This document shows positions 32,997 to 46,411 of a stretch of 64,000 nucleotides of DNA, in pieces. The notes below the pieces were generated by a model, which did not search any database, was not told where the DNA came from, and saw nothing but the letters and a program-made list of their open reading frames with translations. Position 1 is the stretch's first letter; the number at the start of each line of letters is the position of its first letter. Location: assembly GCA_964252035.1 (NCBI GenBank), contig OZ176201.1. One strand, written 5' to 3'. The position numbers were made by a program, and so were the translations under genes. The DNA is from Podarcis erhardii (Eukaryota).

Positions 32997-33834
32997 TCTT
33001 TATCCTTCCAGTTGCTTTTGGTATAACCAGTTTCTGACCGGTATCAGAGTGTAAAGGCACACAGCGAAGCAACTTTTTTGAAGCTAAGCACCTCTGGGTC
33101 TGGTCACTGCCTGGGTGGGAGAGCACTTGAGAGCCTTGTGTATGTGATGCTGAGCTGGATATAAATGTAAGAAATGAAGTGAATTACTTCCCAAGATATT
33201 CTGAGGTGATCTATCTGCCTCTGGTGAAGATGGCTCAAGGTTACTCAGTCTCCTTGCCAGCTTATGATGGCATTAGACCCGATTGGGGTGGGGGACCCTG
33301 TTTGGGGGCCGAGATGATGAACGTTGTTAGACTTTTGTTAAGGCTCCAGCCCCAAAATTAGTACCTTGAGGACCCTTTGTATCTTTTCTCCTTCATGAAA
33401 AGGACAGTCTGTCCATGCACCTAGATCCTCCTGCTCTCTGATAAATGGACTGGCATAGTTCACCGTATAGTAGAGCTGGCAGAGGAAATAGCTGCAAAAA
33501 GAAAGCCATGGCTCATTCTGCAGAGGAAGAGTCTACAAGGATATCTGAAGCTACAAGGATATCTGAAGCTTCTATCATGCTTCTTAATATAGTGAACTGT
33601 CAAACGTATGAGGCAGCTTTATATTGTTAGCCCATTAGCCTGTCTAACCTACTATCATATGGCATGACTGACAGTGGGTCTCCGAGTGAGATCTTTTAAA
33701 CGGAATGTACCAAGGACTGAGATGAGGATGTGTTGCATACAAAAACCACATGATCTCAGCCCTCAGTGTAAGCACAATGCTTCCACTGAGTCCATCATCA
33801 GAGTACAGGTGTACACCACCCAGCTGTCAGTTTG

Positions 33835-34050
33835 GTACCCAAGAATATAGAAGTCGTGCTGGATGGGGTCAGAGGCCAGCATCCTGCCATCACAGTGGCT
33901 AACCGGATGCCTATGGGAAGCCAGAAGCTGGAGCCTGAGGGCAATAGCACTCCTCACATGTGATACCCAGTGACTGGCATTCTGAGACATACCGCCTCCC
34001 AACTGTGGATATAGAACATATAGATCACTTAGGAGTCAGCCACTTAGCAT
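33835..34050 (-). mobile_element. L2-type LINE 3' fragment
   Basis: Reverse complement of the motif set at 37609-37780 (cacagtggctaaccggatgcctatgggaagcc). Confidence 0.6.
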
Positions 34051-34238
34051 CATAAGTGGGAAAGGGAAAAGTTTGTAACCCCACTAGATGCCTTGACATT
34101 ATATTCCAGTACAGTTTTGTCTTTCAGCCAAGAGAACATATTACAGTACCATGCCAGTTGTGCTTACATAATTGGAACATGTGCGATGTAACATATACGG
34201 CTATTGTGCGCACACAAACATTCTTATTTTTGTTTTAG

Positions 34239-34314
34239 CCAGCTGGGAACAGCCTATGTTTCTGCCACCACAGGTGCTGTTGCAACTGCTCTAGGACTTA
34301 ACGCACTAACAAAG
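34239..34314 (+). CDS. SFXN1: Sideroflexin-1 coding exon 4
   Basis: [25 protein letters not shown]; 76 nt. Confidence 0.96.
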
Positions 34315-35072
34315 GTATTTAATCATTTCCTCCGTTTTGCTTTGAGAAAGAGTTTTGATTGTTGTGGAAACTTTTAGTTAATGATTTCCATACGCATGAG
34401 GAGTAACAAGGGTTATTGTGGCACCTTAAAAGCCAATGCATTTATTGTGACATGACCTTGCATATTCAGGAGCCCACTTAATCTTTTCATCTGTGGGTTT
34501 ATCAGTCTCTTGTGACTGAATCCTGTTTGCTTCAGTTCAGTACTGATTCATTTTTATACCTTTGAATATGTCAGCACACAGAAATTAGATGTCAGGGAGA
34601 AGTGTTCTAGCCTTGCATTTTCCCTAGCATTTTCTGGAACTTCCAGCTTTCTTTGTACAACAGTTATGTGAGCCCAGGCTTGGATTTACCACCTTACCAA
34701 AAATATAGTCTCAGTTTCTAGGGCGAGGTCTCTTGCAACTGATATTCAGATAATGTGCTGTTTCTGATTCTTGCATGAAATCCACTTTAGATTTCTTTAT
34801 AAATAGTTTATACTGCTTGTATAATAAAAATCTAAGCAGTTTACATAGAAACAATGAAACAACATTAACTAATACAAATATAATAATAATACATTTTCCT
34901 AAAAGCTAGATAAAAGCAAAATGTGATTGTATATCACAAATAAAAACTGAGTGATGCGCAGAACAAAACAAAAATAAAGCTTTGGTATACATTTTAAAGA
35001 GGTGTTTAAAGGTCATTTTTATCTCCAACCCCAAAACATTTAACATGTGCATATCGTCACTGTCCATGTCAT

Positions 35073-35112
35073 GCATCTGATGAAGTAGGATGTTGCCTGG
35101 GAAAGCTTCTGC
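35073..35112 (+). ncRNA. Decayed Penelope-type hammerhead motif
   Basis: GCAU-CUGAUGA-A-[damaged stem II]-GAAAGCUU-CUGC. Confidence 0.45.
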
Positions 35113-35577
35113 TGCAATAAATCTTCAAGAAAACATGAGACACCCTGCTGTGTTTGCTGACATACTCTAAGATGGCTACACTTCAAAAAGCTTTCACAGA
35201 ATGACTGCAACTATTTTTCAAAGAGAAAGATAGAGGGTTTTTTAAAAAAATAATAATGATCATATAGCTTCCCTAAATGGCATTTCATCAAAAACTTAAC
35301 CTGATTTCTGGGAGTGATTATAACTCAACATTTCTGTTCTAAAATATTTTTATGTCACTGGAATACAGTTGAGAAACCACTCTCATTTTTTACAAGGTGC
35401 AGTCTATACCAGTGTTCTCAAAAGATTCTAGCTTCAGGCACATATATTCTCTGATGTATTGGCATAGATTCTTAAGATCAGCTTTTCACAAAACAATACT
35501 TAAGATGATATTTTAGAGTGGCTGAGGATTGGTGGGGTTTGTCCATCTTCAGGTAGCTCTTACTTCTTTTTTCACAG

Positions 35578-35663
35578 CATGTCTCACCTCTTATAGGACG
35601 TTTTGTTCCTTTTGCTGCTGTAGCTGCTGCTAACTGCATAAATATCCCATTAATGAGGCAAAG
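35578..35663 (+). CDS. SFXN1: Sideroflexin-1 coding exon 5
   Basis: [28 protein letters not shown]; 86 nt. Confidence 0.97.
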
Positions 35664-36442
35664 GTAAGATAAAAATCTCGCATGTGCTACAGAGCACCTC
35701 TTGGCTTAGGAGGGATGCTGCAAAATTTGTTCCAAGCCAGACTCTGAAAGGAAATTCAGAGGCTCATTAAAGCTCATTTCAAAGCTGGCACAAGCTTTAA
35801 ATAGTCCTGAATTCTTCTCCAGCTTTGACTGAAATTGGATGTGACTCCTGCAGAGTCCAGCCTGCAGAGGAAGCCACTTTCAGGAAGCCTCACCCACCCA
35901 CCCCACACCTGATGTCATGACAGCAGGTGTGGAGCAGGTAAGGGCAAGACTTCAAAGGAGCAATCGAGAGCTTAAAACTCCCAAGTTGTTCCTTGAATCC
36001 AGAAAGGTAAGTTCCTACCCACACAACAGCTGATGGGTGGATCAGAGTGTGCCTTCAACACTCACACTTTGACCAGGCAGGGGTGGGGGAGATAGAGATC
36101 TGGCCCACCAGCCAGCAAAGATTCCCCACCCTGTGTTAAACCAACCCATGGTTTAGCTTTCAGTGGCGCAGCAGGAGGAGGACTGGGAGAGGAGCACAGT
36201 GGCCACAATCCAATCTCTAGCATTTGCACAAAGCCATAGCATTGCTTGAGCATCATGTGCAAACCAGCTCTTATGAATGTAATGAAAAACAAAGCAGGGC
36301 TGTTGTTGAAGTTTACAAATGATTAACAAATGTTCTGGAACGTAACTTTAGGAACATAAACAATTTGAGCATATAGTGCCCTTAAAGAGTAACCTTTCAC
36401 AATTGTTCAGCTTTTTTCTTTTCTTTTTTTAAAACCCAACAG

Positions 36443-36570
36443 GGAACTAAAGTATGGTATTCCCATTACAGACGAAAATGGAAACCGATTGGGTGAATCA
36501 TCCAAAGCTGCCCAACAGGCCATTGTGCAGGTGGTTATCTCACGGATCCTTATGGCTGCTCCTGGCATGG
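36443..36570 (+). CDS. SFXN1: Sideroflexin-1 coding exon 6
   Basis: [42 protein letters not shown]; 128 nt. Confidence 0.97.
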
Positions 36571-37015
36571 GTTAGTTCACCTTCAGCTAAGCATAAGTAG
36601 TGATTGAAATCATGCCCTTCTAAGACCTTTGGCTTCAGTACATTAGATTTGAACAGCTAATGGCTCACACATAAAAGATATTGTAGAGAAACATGGCAGA
36701 GATTTATTTATTTTTACAATGTATCTGCAACGCACTGTTGATATTGTAGCCATTGCTCTAGCTGACCATCAAATATTATTAAAATCTTTTTTTAATTAAT
36801 TATATCTCTTGTGAAACTTCATGTGCACATTCTCCCTCATCTCTTTATAACCCTTTTTCATCTCCATACATTGCTAATTTATTTATGCATATTAATAGAG
36901 TGCCTCAGGAAAGCTATACACTACCAGTAAACTCATTGAAGCATACCTGTTATTAGAAAGTGCTCTGTATACATAGTTTGCTAAGGCTTAAGCATTTCAT
37001 TCTTTGTTTTTGTAG

Positions 37016-37065
37016 CCATTCCCCCGTTCATAATGAATTCTTTGGAAAAGAAGGCATTTTTAAAG
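37016..37065 (+). CDS. SFXN1: Sideroflexin-1 coding exon 7
   Basis: IPPFIMNSLEKKAFLK; 50 nt. Confidence 0.96.
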
Positions 37066-37608
37066 GTAAGCCTAAGCTCTTGAAGATATATTAATTTCCT
37101 TCTGACAGCCAGTACAATTAAGAGATCAGTTTTAATGAAATAGCCATTCACAGAGCAATAAAAAAAAGAGAGAAAATCTGCTGTTATTCCCTGTCCTGCT
37201 CTAGGGAACATTTTTGTTTGTGAATAAAACAAGGGGTTGGGGGAGGGGGATGTGAAAGCTCTTCATTCCATTGTGCAAATTAGATCCACACCGTTGCTTT
37301 CATAAATTGTAACAAGGAGATATATGTTGATTAAAGCGTTTATGCTAAAAGTCAGGGTTATTTTCAGATGCATGACATCTCCCACAAGGACCTAATTCGA
37401 AGCTGATGTACATGAAGTATGCTGTCACATGGAAGCTGCTTTAAGTTAAAATTGATCCGTATGGCAATGGCTGTCATGCATAAATCGAGTACTGCATGCA
37501 TGGCAGCTCCCTACATAGTCAGATGACTTTTTCCATCCTGCTGTAAATTTGCTTATTTGGGGCAGAGTGAGAGGTTTGTGGTGGCCTGGAGTCACCTGCC
37601 TGAAATAT

Positions 37609-37780
37609 AGTATGCCTCTGAATACCACTTGCTGGGAATCGAAGATGGGCAGATGCTCCGGCGCTCATGTCCTGCTTGCAGACTTCCCACAGGCATCTGG
37701 TTGGCCACTGTGAGAATAGGATGCTGGACTAGATTGGCCACAGGCCTGATTCAGCAGGGCTCTTCTTGGATTTTTGTGCA
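37609..37780 (+). mobile_element. L2-type LINE 3' fragment
   Basis: gtatgcctctgaatacc...cttcccacaggcatctggttggccactgtgagaataggatgctggactagat. Confidence 0.65.
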
Positions 37781-38420
37781 TATAAGTGGCTTGTGCATAT
37801 ATGGGAGTAATCATTAAAGTGGCCTCCATGCTTCTTATGCTCTTGCTGATGGACTAAACATCAAGAGTATTACCAGCACCACACATTGTTGCCAACCTAT
37901 GCGATTCCCCGAGAAGCTGCTCTTTTCATGTAACATTCTGTATGTCGGGGAATTCAGTGTCATTGTAAGATATTAATCTCACCTAGGGCAAGCACAGGGC
38001 TTCTGCTGACAGGGTTCATGAGTGAATCCCTCCCATAATTTTTTTCTTGCAACATTGAAGTAAGAATAATTTTCTAGGGACATAGTTCATTAAATATCAG
38101 TTATGCTATATAGGCCATCATTATCCCCACTGACAGATAGCTACTTGCCTGAGGTTACCTAGTGACTTTAGAAAGAGTTTGATCCAAGTCTCCTAGATTG
38201 ATATGAAGTCTTAGCTGAAATAGGTTATGTATGTGGAATTCACTGCATCATGTTCGAAGAGTCAGTCAGTCAGTTAAATTGATTTGCTAAAATCCACTGG
38301 ACTTCACAAATGTCTATATTCTAGCACACGTAGCCCCCAGCACACTGGGCGCTGTGTTGCACAATGAAATGTTGTCTAATCCTCTGGGCCGCTAAAGCAA
38401 ACATGGAAACATAATTCTAG

Positions 38421-38575
38421 TTACAGGTAGGTAGCCGTGTTGGTCTGCAGCAGTCGAAACAAAATTTTAAAAAATCCTTGGATCTGAAGGAGTGTGCATG
38501 CACATGAAAGCTCATACCAATAACAAACTTAGTTAGTCTCTAAAGTGCTACTGGAAGGATTTTTTTTTTATTTTG
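38421..38575 (+). mobile_element. Penelope-like fragment with a mutated hammerhead core (38481-38517)
   Basis: gtagccgtgttggtctgc...ctgaagGagtgtgcatgcacaTgaaagctcatac...gtgctactggaagga. Confidence 0.75.
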
Positions 38576-39360
38576 ATGGAAACATAATGTGTAAGTGTAT
38601 TTATCCCCATCCATCAGCAAATAAGAAATATTCTCTGTAGAATTCCAGTGGGGGACTTGAATATGTTGGAAGAAGCAGGGATGTTTGCTTAAGCATATTA
38701 CACATTTTGGAGTTAACATTGTTTGCATTTGACTGTGACAAGTTACGTGATGAGCATTTCTGTTGGTTCAGTGATATTTCTTGCAATGGCTAATGAAAAG
38801 AGAATGCCATATGTCAAGCAAAGTCTCCATTGGCGTGTATGTAGTTTAATCAACATGAAGATGTTGTAATTTTTTCAGATCAGCACATCTGAAAGAGCCC
38901 TTCAGTGACTGTTCAGTGTTCTTTGACACCATCATGACTCCCTTTATGTTTTCCTGCTCCTCCCTGCCCCCTCTCTGCCTCATGGACTGTGAGCTCAGGT
39001 GAATCATTGCTCTGCAGCTAGTTAATTATAAGACTTGCTATTGATCAGCCCTGGATCCATTGAGCAATGAACTGCACTTCTTTTTTAAATAAAATAAGCA
39101 GCTTCGGCATGTCAGCTTAAAGTTCATTACTTGCACTACTCTGACGCCATCTACAACCTGCTTTATTAATGCATACAGGCTTTAGCATTTTCCCACCATT
39201 CCAGATAATAGCTCTTGTTCACTCGGCCTAAGAAAAAAAATCTTTACTTTAAAGGTTCAGACAAAGAGAAGGAAAAGAGGGATTCTGTGAAGGTCTTCAT
39301 TTCTTTGAATCCTGCTGCAGAAACATTGCCTTCCTTTCTAAGAATAATAGTAGTAATTTT

Positions 39361-39742
39361 TTATTTATACCCCATCCATCTGGCTGAATTTCCCCAGCCA
39401 CTCTGGTCAGCTCCCAAGAGAATATTGATGTTTTCTAAAAGTTAGATAGTTGTTTATTTCCTTGACATCTGATGGGAGGGCGTTCCACAGGGCAGGTGCC
39501 ACTACCAAGAAGGCCCTCTGCCTGGTTCCCTGCAACCTCACTTCTCGGAGTGAGGGAACTGCCAAAAGGCCCTTGGAGCTGGACCTCAGGGTCCAGGTTG
39601 GACGATGGGGGTGGAGATGCTCCTTCAAATATACTGGGCCGAGGCCATTTAGGGCTTTAAAGGTCAGCACCAAGCCTTTGAATTGTGCTTGGAAATGTAC
39701 TAGGAGCCAGTGTAGGTCTTTCAAGACCGGTGTTATATGTTT
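39361..39742 (-). mobile_element. L2-clade LINE 3' end
   Basis: ORF 39407-39724 (DLHWLLVHFQAQFKGLVLTFKALNGLGPVYL...AFLVVAPALWNALP) is L2-type RT C-terminal sequence. Confidence 0.85.
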
Positions 39743-40105
39743 CTAGCTCCAGGTTGCTGTCCTTCTATAACTGTAGTAAATATAATTGTAGTGAATCTTG
39801 CTGAGTCATGGAAATGGCTGAAGCTTTCCAAATGTGACTCCCCAAATAAAAGCAGACAGTTCCCCTGAGAGCAGTGGTGAATATGGAGCACGAGGAGTTG
39901 GCTGCAGCATAGTAGAAAGAAATGACAGCAGCCCCAAACATGCCAGGCATTTTAATCACTGGGAGTTTGAGAAAAATACGTGATTTTAATTTGAGCAGCA
40001 GCCTGGCAGCACTTGCTTTTGTCCTCAGCCGAGGAACAGAGGAAGGAACAAGCAGAAAAGCCATTTCATGCTGACTTTATCTCATTAAAGGTAGTAATAG
40101 GAGGT

Positions 40106-40271
40106 GGGCCATAGTTCAGCGGCAGAGTGTCTGTTTTCATGAAGAATGTCCCAGATTCAATCTCCAGTAAACTGGCACTGAAAGAGACTACTGTCTGGAG
40201 TCCATGAAAGTCACTACCAATCAGCATAGGCAATATGATCCAACTTGCTAAAAGGCAGGTGCCAATGTTCC
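40106..40271 (+). mobile_element. tRNA-derived squamate SINE (Squam3-like), old
   Basis: gggccatagttcagcggcagag...gtcccagattcaatctcc head and body shared with 55821 and 59884. Confidence 0.6.
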
Positions 40272-42557
40272 TGGTTAGACCTGAGTCTTAAGACAGAGTA
40301 ATTTTGGCCCCATTTACCGCACCCACGCAGATGCTCCTGTTCTCACAGTTGTGGGAAGCTAAGTGCTACAAGCTCACCAAACTTGAGTAAAGGTTTCCGG
40401 CTAGTATGAGCCGGCCCCATGCATCTGAGAAATACATTTAAACATCCATGTGTCTGTTGAGCATCAGTGGCTCCTCTTGTTCCCACATATAGGAATGTTT
40501 TTGTGCGCCTGCTCTATCTGAAAATGGTAGCTGACTTGAATGGTGCTATGAGCCCCAATGCAAATGCTTAGAAAAAGAGACTGCCTGCTGTTGTTTCTCA
40601 TGATTCTGTGCAACAACAAACTTAAAACAAACTTTAGATTGCCCTTGTGTCCAAGAGGCAACCCTACACAAAACTGTTCATCGTACAAAAAATGAAACAT
40701 TTCCGAACAACAGCTTTGAGAAATACAGTGTCATCTTGCATTCGGTGTTAGAACATCTCCAGTGCAGAGTTCTATCCTCTGCCCTTTTGTTATGATTCCA
40801 TTGGGTGGCATCTACTGGTGTCTGGTTGATCATAAACTGTGGTGCAATAAGAAGTAAATAGGAGTCCTTTGGCTGGCTGGAGTTCTGCCATCTGCTCAGT
40901 TTCCAGAGAGATGTAAGTGCTGCATCATTACATGCCGCACCATCCTTGAAGTTTAAAGCTGCCATTTGTTCCTTGACTACCTGATTCACAGGCAGCAGCT
41001 TTGTGGCTTTGGATTCCTGCAGCGCAGAGAGAGCCTCAGTAACCTTAGCTGTCCACACCTGTGGATGTGATACATTTAGGCATTGTTAAAGATCCCTTGT
41101 ATATGTCTAATCTGGGAACTGATGAGCAGTTCAATATAGTCACTCCGATCCTAAAGGCTTGTTCATCTACATTAATTCCCTAGGAGTAAACCCCAGTGAA
41201 CATAGTGGGTCTTACTTCTGAGTAAATATGCACAGAATATTTTCCCTGCCTCTTTCCCTCATATCTAAAGCACAAAATCTATAGTTCCACATTTGCTGCT
41301 TATTTCCAACTATTTAACACTTCATTCTGATCCTTAATACAATAACAGTTTATGGAATGCTTTTTACTTGAAAATCATAATTGCACACATCCATTGTAAT
41401 TCTAACCAATTAACTATTTTACTTTTAATCTTCATCCTGTTTATGATACCATATATGAAAGGGAATGATTGTTTTTAGTAACAGAAGCAAATTCAATATA
41501 GAAGAGGCTTGCTGTGGTTTGGTTTCATTAGCATTTACTTTCTGGTAGAAGTCTTAACACAGCATCTTTATAATATCCCTTAAATGATTAATTGTTGCAA
41601 GATTAGTTTTGCTTGATGATGTGACAATAAACTGTGCATAGGATTTGTATGCTGTGAAACAATGCATTGGTTTTTTTTAAAATGTTATAATAATTCCCAA
41701 GAATAGCTGTTCCTTACTGACACAGGAACAACAGTTGATAATGGGAAAAGGGGAGGCTTGTCTATCAGTTTTTATGAAGTTTTTAAAAGTTTTTTTCCCA
41801 AAGTGAGGGTAGGGGTAGGATTATATTACTCTTGCTTATAGAGAAATACCACAGAATGCAACCCCTGCCCCAGTTTCTCTTTAAGTGGCACTTGCAATTC
41901 TTTAAAAAAGAAATTCGGTGCAACTTTAAAATATACATTGGAATTAATCCTTTTGCATTATTTAACAAATGCAATATGGGATCACATGTTATAGAAAGTC
42001 CTAACATTGCTCACATTGCCTGAGTGATTCCTCAGTACTTCCTGATGTGTGTATTTTTACTACAACTATATAACAACCTCTAAAGCACCCGTCCCAGGGT
42101 TTTAATGGATAACAGCAATGAACATTTTCAAAACCTGAAGGCCCAAGCCTTTCCCCCTATAGCAATGGCAGTGCTTTCAGTGGAATTTTACAAAAGTAAT
42201 TCATCTAATTGCAGGAAAGGACTGCTTTCATCCCTTAAACACTCTGTGTGTCTGATATTATAATGCTGCCCTACTTTTAGAAATCCGTCCTGCTGCTAAG
42301 AACACATGGATTAATCAGCAAAGTCGGGGTGTGTGGGTGCCTATTGACCTTGGAGGCTATAACATCTGACTCTAAGGCTGGGAATGTTTGCAGAACCCAT
42401 AGTAGTTAGGTGTGTGTTCAAGCATGCCTTCTCCATTTTGCATAAATTTTCAGAGTCCATGTGCTTTGAAAAGGTCTGGACCCAAGAACGTGAATAGTAC
42501 ATATGTGGTGAGAGGAAATATCTCATTTCATCATGTCACATTTCTTTTAAAACGCAG

Positions 42558-42607
42558 AGGTTTCCATGGATGAGTGCCCCCATTCAAGTGGGTTTAGTTG
42601 GCTTCTG
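42558..42607 (+). CDS. SFXN1: Sideroflexin-1 coding exon 8
   Basis: RFPWMSAPIQVGLVGF; 50 nt; cag/gtgagt. Confidence 0.96.
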
Positions 42608-42899
42608 GTGAGTAAAAAAATAAATAAAAATGAATTCATGGGGATATGGTTGTGGTTATCATAACAATGTTTCCTTCTGTGAAAGATGTTGATTTTGATC
42701 CCTAAATGGGGAATTGCACATTGAGCTTCATGTGTGCAGTGTGGCTGTGTATCTTGTGTTTTCTTTAGTTCCAGCAATGGTGGGAGGGGCAATTGCTATT
42801 GAGATCACAACATGTGGAAAGAATAGGATTGTCCTTTCTCTCTTCCCCTATGACTCCATCCAAAAACAACCCACCAGGTTCAGCTGTAATCAATTAAAG

Positions 42900-43005
42900 A
42901 AAAGCTAGTGGCTTCACAGAGGCATCTGATTGGTGTCTGTGAGGACCAAATGCTAGACTAGATGGGCCTTTGATCTGGTTCAGCAGAGACAATACCTGCA
43001 TGTTA
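42900..43005 (+). mobile_element. L2-type tail fragment
   Basis: aggcatctgattgg...atgctagactagatgggcctttgatctggttcagcag. Confidence 0.5.
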
Positions 43006-43731
43006 CACATTAAGCATAATGTGTAGTTTTGACTTTGGCACAATGAGGCCATCAAAGCCTCTCTTTAAGACTAAGGCAAATAACTTGGAGAAAGTGCTAT
43101 GATAACCTTTTCCCAAAGCAGCTACTGGGCGAGCAATGCAAAAAAAAGCAGACCTTGAGCTTCTGGAATAGGCTGACTTCGTCTTGGTTGGGGAAGATAC
43201 AGAGCAAACCAAAGGGGAGGAACGGGGGGCCATATAAGCCCAGAGGGGGAAACGGCATGTCATAGTACGGAGTCAAGGAACTTCTAGTCCACAGGCCAAT
43301 CCTGGCCCACCAAGGGGTCGTCAGCTGATAGGCAGGAGGACAGGGTTTCATCAGCTGTGTGGGGATTACTGGCCTGTGCAAAAGCACCCATGGAAACAGC
43401 TTGCACACAGAAGCTACTTCAACGAGGTTTAAGACATCGTCTTCTCCAGAGGCTCAAATGAGAGCATAGGGCTGCCTCCTGCCTTTCCTTTAAAGTCCCC
43501 AATATGGTGGGACTTGGAAAAGGCTTTGTGAGGTTTATCCTGCTCCCAATTTAAACCTCCAAGTTTTGGAACTCAAACTGGGCAAGGAGGAGTCTCACAG
43601 AACCCTTTACAAGCCTCCCATATCAGAACCGTGTTCATTACTATCAGCTCTGTTGAATACTAAATAAATTGAATGTAGCACATAAAGAAAGTGATGCAAG
43701 AGCAAAGGAAACAAACAAGGGGGAGTTCCAT

Positions 43732-43771
43732 GCATCTGATGAAGTGGACTTTAGCCCATGAAACCTTTTGC
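43732..43771 (+). ncRNA. Decayed Penelope-type hammerhead motif
   Basis: GCAU-CUGAUGA-A-GUGGACU-UU-AGCCCAU-GAA-ACCU-U-UUGC; stems I and III damaged. Confidence 0.5.
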
Positions 43772-43914
43772 TGCAATATCTATGCTTTTAATATTGATGT
43801 CCAGAGTTAGGATTTTAAGGTGCTTTGAAACTATCTGCACATTTGAAAGAGGCCAGTTCGTACTTTGAGGACAGTTACCCCCAAATAACCTAACTTAATG
43901 CTTGTCTTTTCCAG

Positions 43915-43962
43915 TTTGGTGTTTGCAACACCTCTGTGCTGTGCATTATTTCCACAAAAAAG
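43915..43962 (+). CDS. SFXN1: Sideroflexin-1 coding exon 9
   Basis: LVFATPLCCALFPQK; 48 nt. Confidence 0.96.
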
Positions 43963-43965
43963 GTA

Positions 43966-43966
<1 letters not shown>

Positions 43967-44008
<42 letters not shown>
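43967..44008. repeat. (TG)n microsatellite directly after the exon donor
   Basis: gtaa followed by a TG run. Confidence 0.95.
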
Positions 44009-44012
<4 letters not shown>

Positions 44013-45958
44013 AAAAAATACTTTGGGCTATGGTAAGGTTATGCTGAGCACATTGCAAAAAATTTAGAAAACAAAGAGTCATCATCATTTCTATGGCTAT
44101 GAGCAGAGAGACATTCCAGAAGTCAGAACATAACCCCCCCCCTTTTTTTTTAAGAATGGAAGTAAGAAATTTTCAAAATGGCCTTATTATTAGGATAGGT
44201 TCCCAGCCCAAAGTCTGCTCTTGCCTAGCTCTGAGGAAGCAGGTTGGGTAGCACTTCTGTTCTAATCCTGCCTGGCATAGTAAGATCAGATCTTTCTCAC
44301 GTTCATTTTCCTCGCCTTCACCCCATTCACTTGTAGTTACTATACTAACAGTGCCATTTTTCTAGAAAAAGCGGTGCCAGAACTCTTATAATGACAATGG
44401 CGCCCACCTGGAACTGAGTTCCGGCTGGGGGGGGGGGGGGGAGAGCCCTGATTCTGTCTTGAAACACATTCTCATTCATGACTATGTGAGGAAGGTGATG
44501 CTGCTGTTTCCCAGCCAATGAGAAACCACTCTGATGCCTCTTCAACTCCTTTTACTTAGGAGTGGGACTTTCAGCAGCGGGTTACCTTGTTCCTATGCAG
44601 ATTGGTGGTCCCAAACTCTCCCCTTGTTACTGCCATATCAGCTTAGAATAAATTACTGTCAGTTAAATCAACAGCACAGACCTCCAACACAGGTCTGTTA
44701 GAGAAACAGATCCAAGACAATGCAACAACAGACAATACATAAAACCTTAACTAAGGACTACGTGCATGGAACACCACCACCTAGTGGTTGGTGGTGTTGC
44801 TTATATAATAATCACTCCTTCTTCACCACCCAGAGGAAGCCCAGGAGAAGAAGCACAGCAGTCTTCCTGCCTTCTTTCTCATCACCACAGGCATTTTCTT
44901 GGTTGTTTTCTGTAGCTACCCACTGGGGTTATGCTCTACAGTCATTCAGCCAGATTACTAATGGGCTGCTGTGGGGAAGGATGCCATAGATTCCCTAAGA
45001 GCTTCTTCACACTGAAGTGCTTTATCCTGCAAGCCAGTATAGGATCATGGGGGGAAACCTTACAGAGGCACCTGGAACGTCTTTCTGTTGAAGATGAACA
45101 GCTTTGGTGTTCCCTGTTGCAACACTGTGGTCCTTTGTGCCACTTTGTATAAGGGATATGTTTGCTTCTGCATTGAGCTCTGAAGGAAGCTACATAAACA
45201 AAGTTTGACTCCCATTTGCTGGGATCAATAAATATAAATTTCACTTCATGGATTGATCAAGGTTCTTTCGTGGAACCAGAAATCCCCCTGCTGCTTCTCT
45301 TCTGGCACATGAATGCCGATTTAACTCAAAGCAGTTTGATTGTTAACATTATTTCCCCTCTTGGCTTCGAAAAAGCCTATGAGTTGCATATAGCCAAAGC
45401 AGTTCCAGGCTTAGCTTGAGAGGGATCAGAATTTATCACGCTTAGGTGGGTATTCTCTGGTGTTGACATGTTAAAGAGTTCTGTGACACAGTTTTTGATT
45501 TTAACTGCATGCCTTTGTTTTCACACATGCTAAACTGTTTTTTATTATTAAGAGTGAATGCAATTAAAATGTTAGCAATCAGTTTTAAAGACCTGTTGGT
45601 GATACACGAACTGTTAGGCCAAGTTTAATTTATAAGTGAAAGCTTAATGGTTCATGTAAAGCGCATTTTCCTGGCTGACACATTAACATACCTCACCAGT
45701 TAACTTTAGCCAAGCAAAACAGCCAAGCAAAAACTTGAAAATCTTCTTCTATGGCTCATAATGTTGAACAAGGACTATTTGATGTGCAAGTAAATACTTT
45801 TAGAATTGATAAAGAAGTACCCTTAGTACAAAATCATATTTGATATAAATTCCAACTTTTTAAAAAAATAAATCATCATCATAAAGCTTCACCACTTGCA
45901 TGTATGAAATTTGATCATGGGTTGTATGTGACGTCTCTTCTATTTTTCTTTTGCTCAG

Positions 45959-46055
45959 TTCCATGTCTGTAACTCGTCTGGAGCCAGAATTACAAGCCAA
46001 GATCCAAAAGAGCAACCCTGAATTGGAGCGTGTGTATTTTAACAAAGGGTTATAA
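45959..46055 (+). CDS. SFXN1: Sideroflexin-1 last coding exon
   Basis: SMSVTRLEPELQAKIQKSNPELERVYFNKGL-TAA. The ten exons sum to 969 nt (322 aa plus stop) with consistent phases; HVSPLIGRF and RFPWMSAPIQ match SFXN1 rather than its paralogues. Confidence 0.97.
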
Positions 46056-46411
46056 TTTGTAGAAGACAAAATATCCCTCAATGACAATTAGGTGAACTTA
46101 TTTTAAATTGTGAGAAAACTTTGTTGAAGACAACTCGGTCCTAGTGTATTATTTCAATTTTACACTTTTCTTTTTTTAGCACTGAGGTTATTTAAGCATT
46201 GCAATATAATTTTCCTAATTGTGGCCTCAAATTGCTGTCGATGCCATTACTTCACTGTCCACTTTGTTTTTCTGCTGCCAATATTTAAAACAGTTCCCAT
46301 TAACTACTCTCAAGAAGCTAAAGATGAGATTCCTTTGGAAAATGTTGCAGACAGAAGGAGATCACAGGATGCTATTTTAGATTTGCTGCCTTTCTCAATT
46401 TTGCCCTGCGG

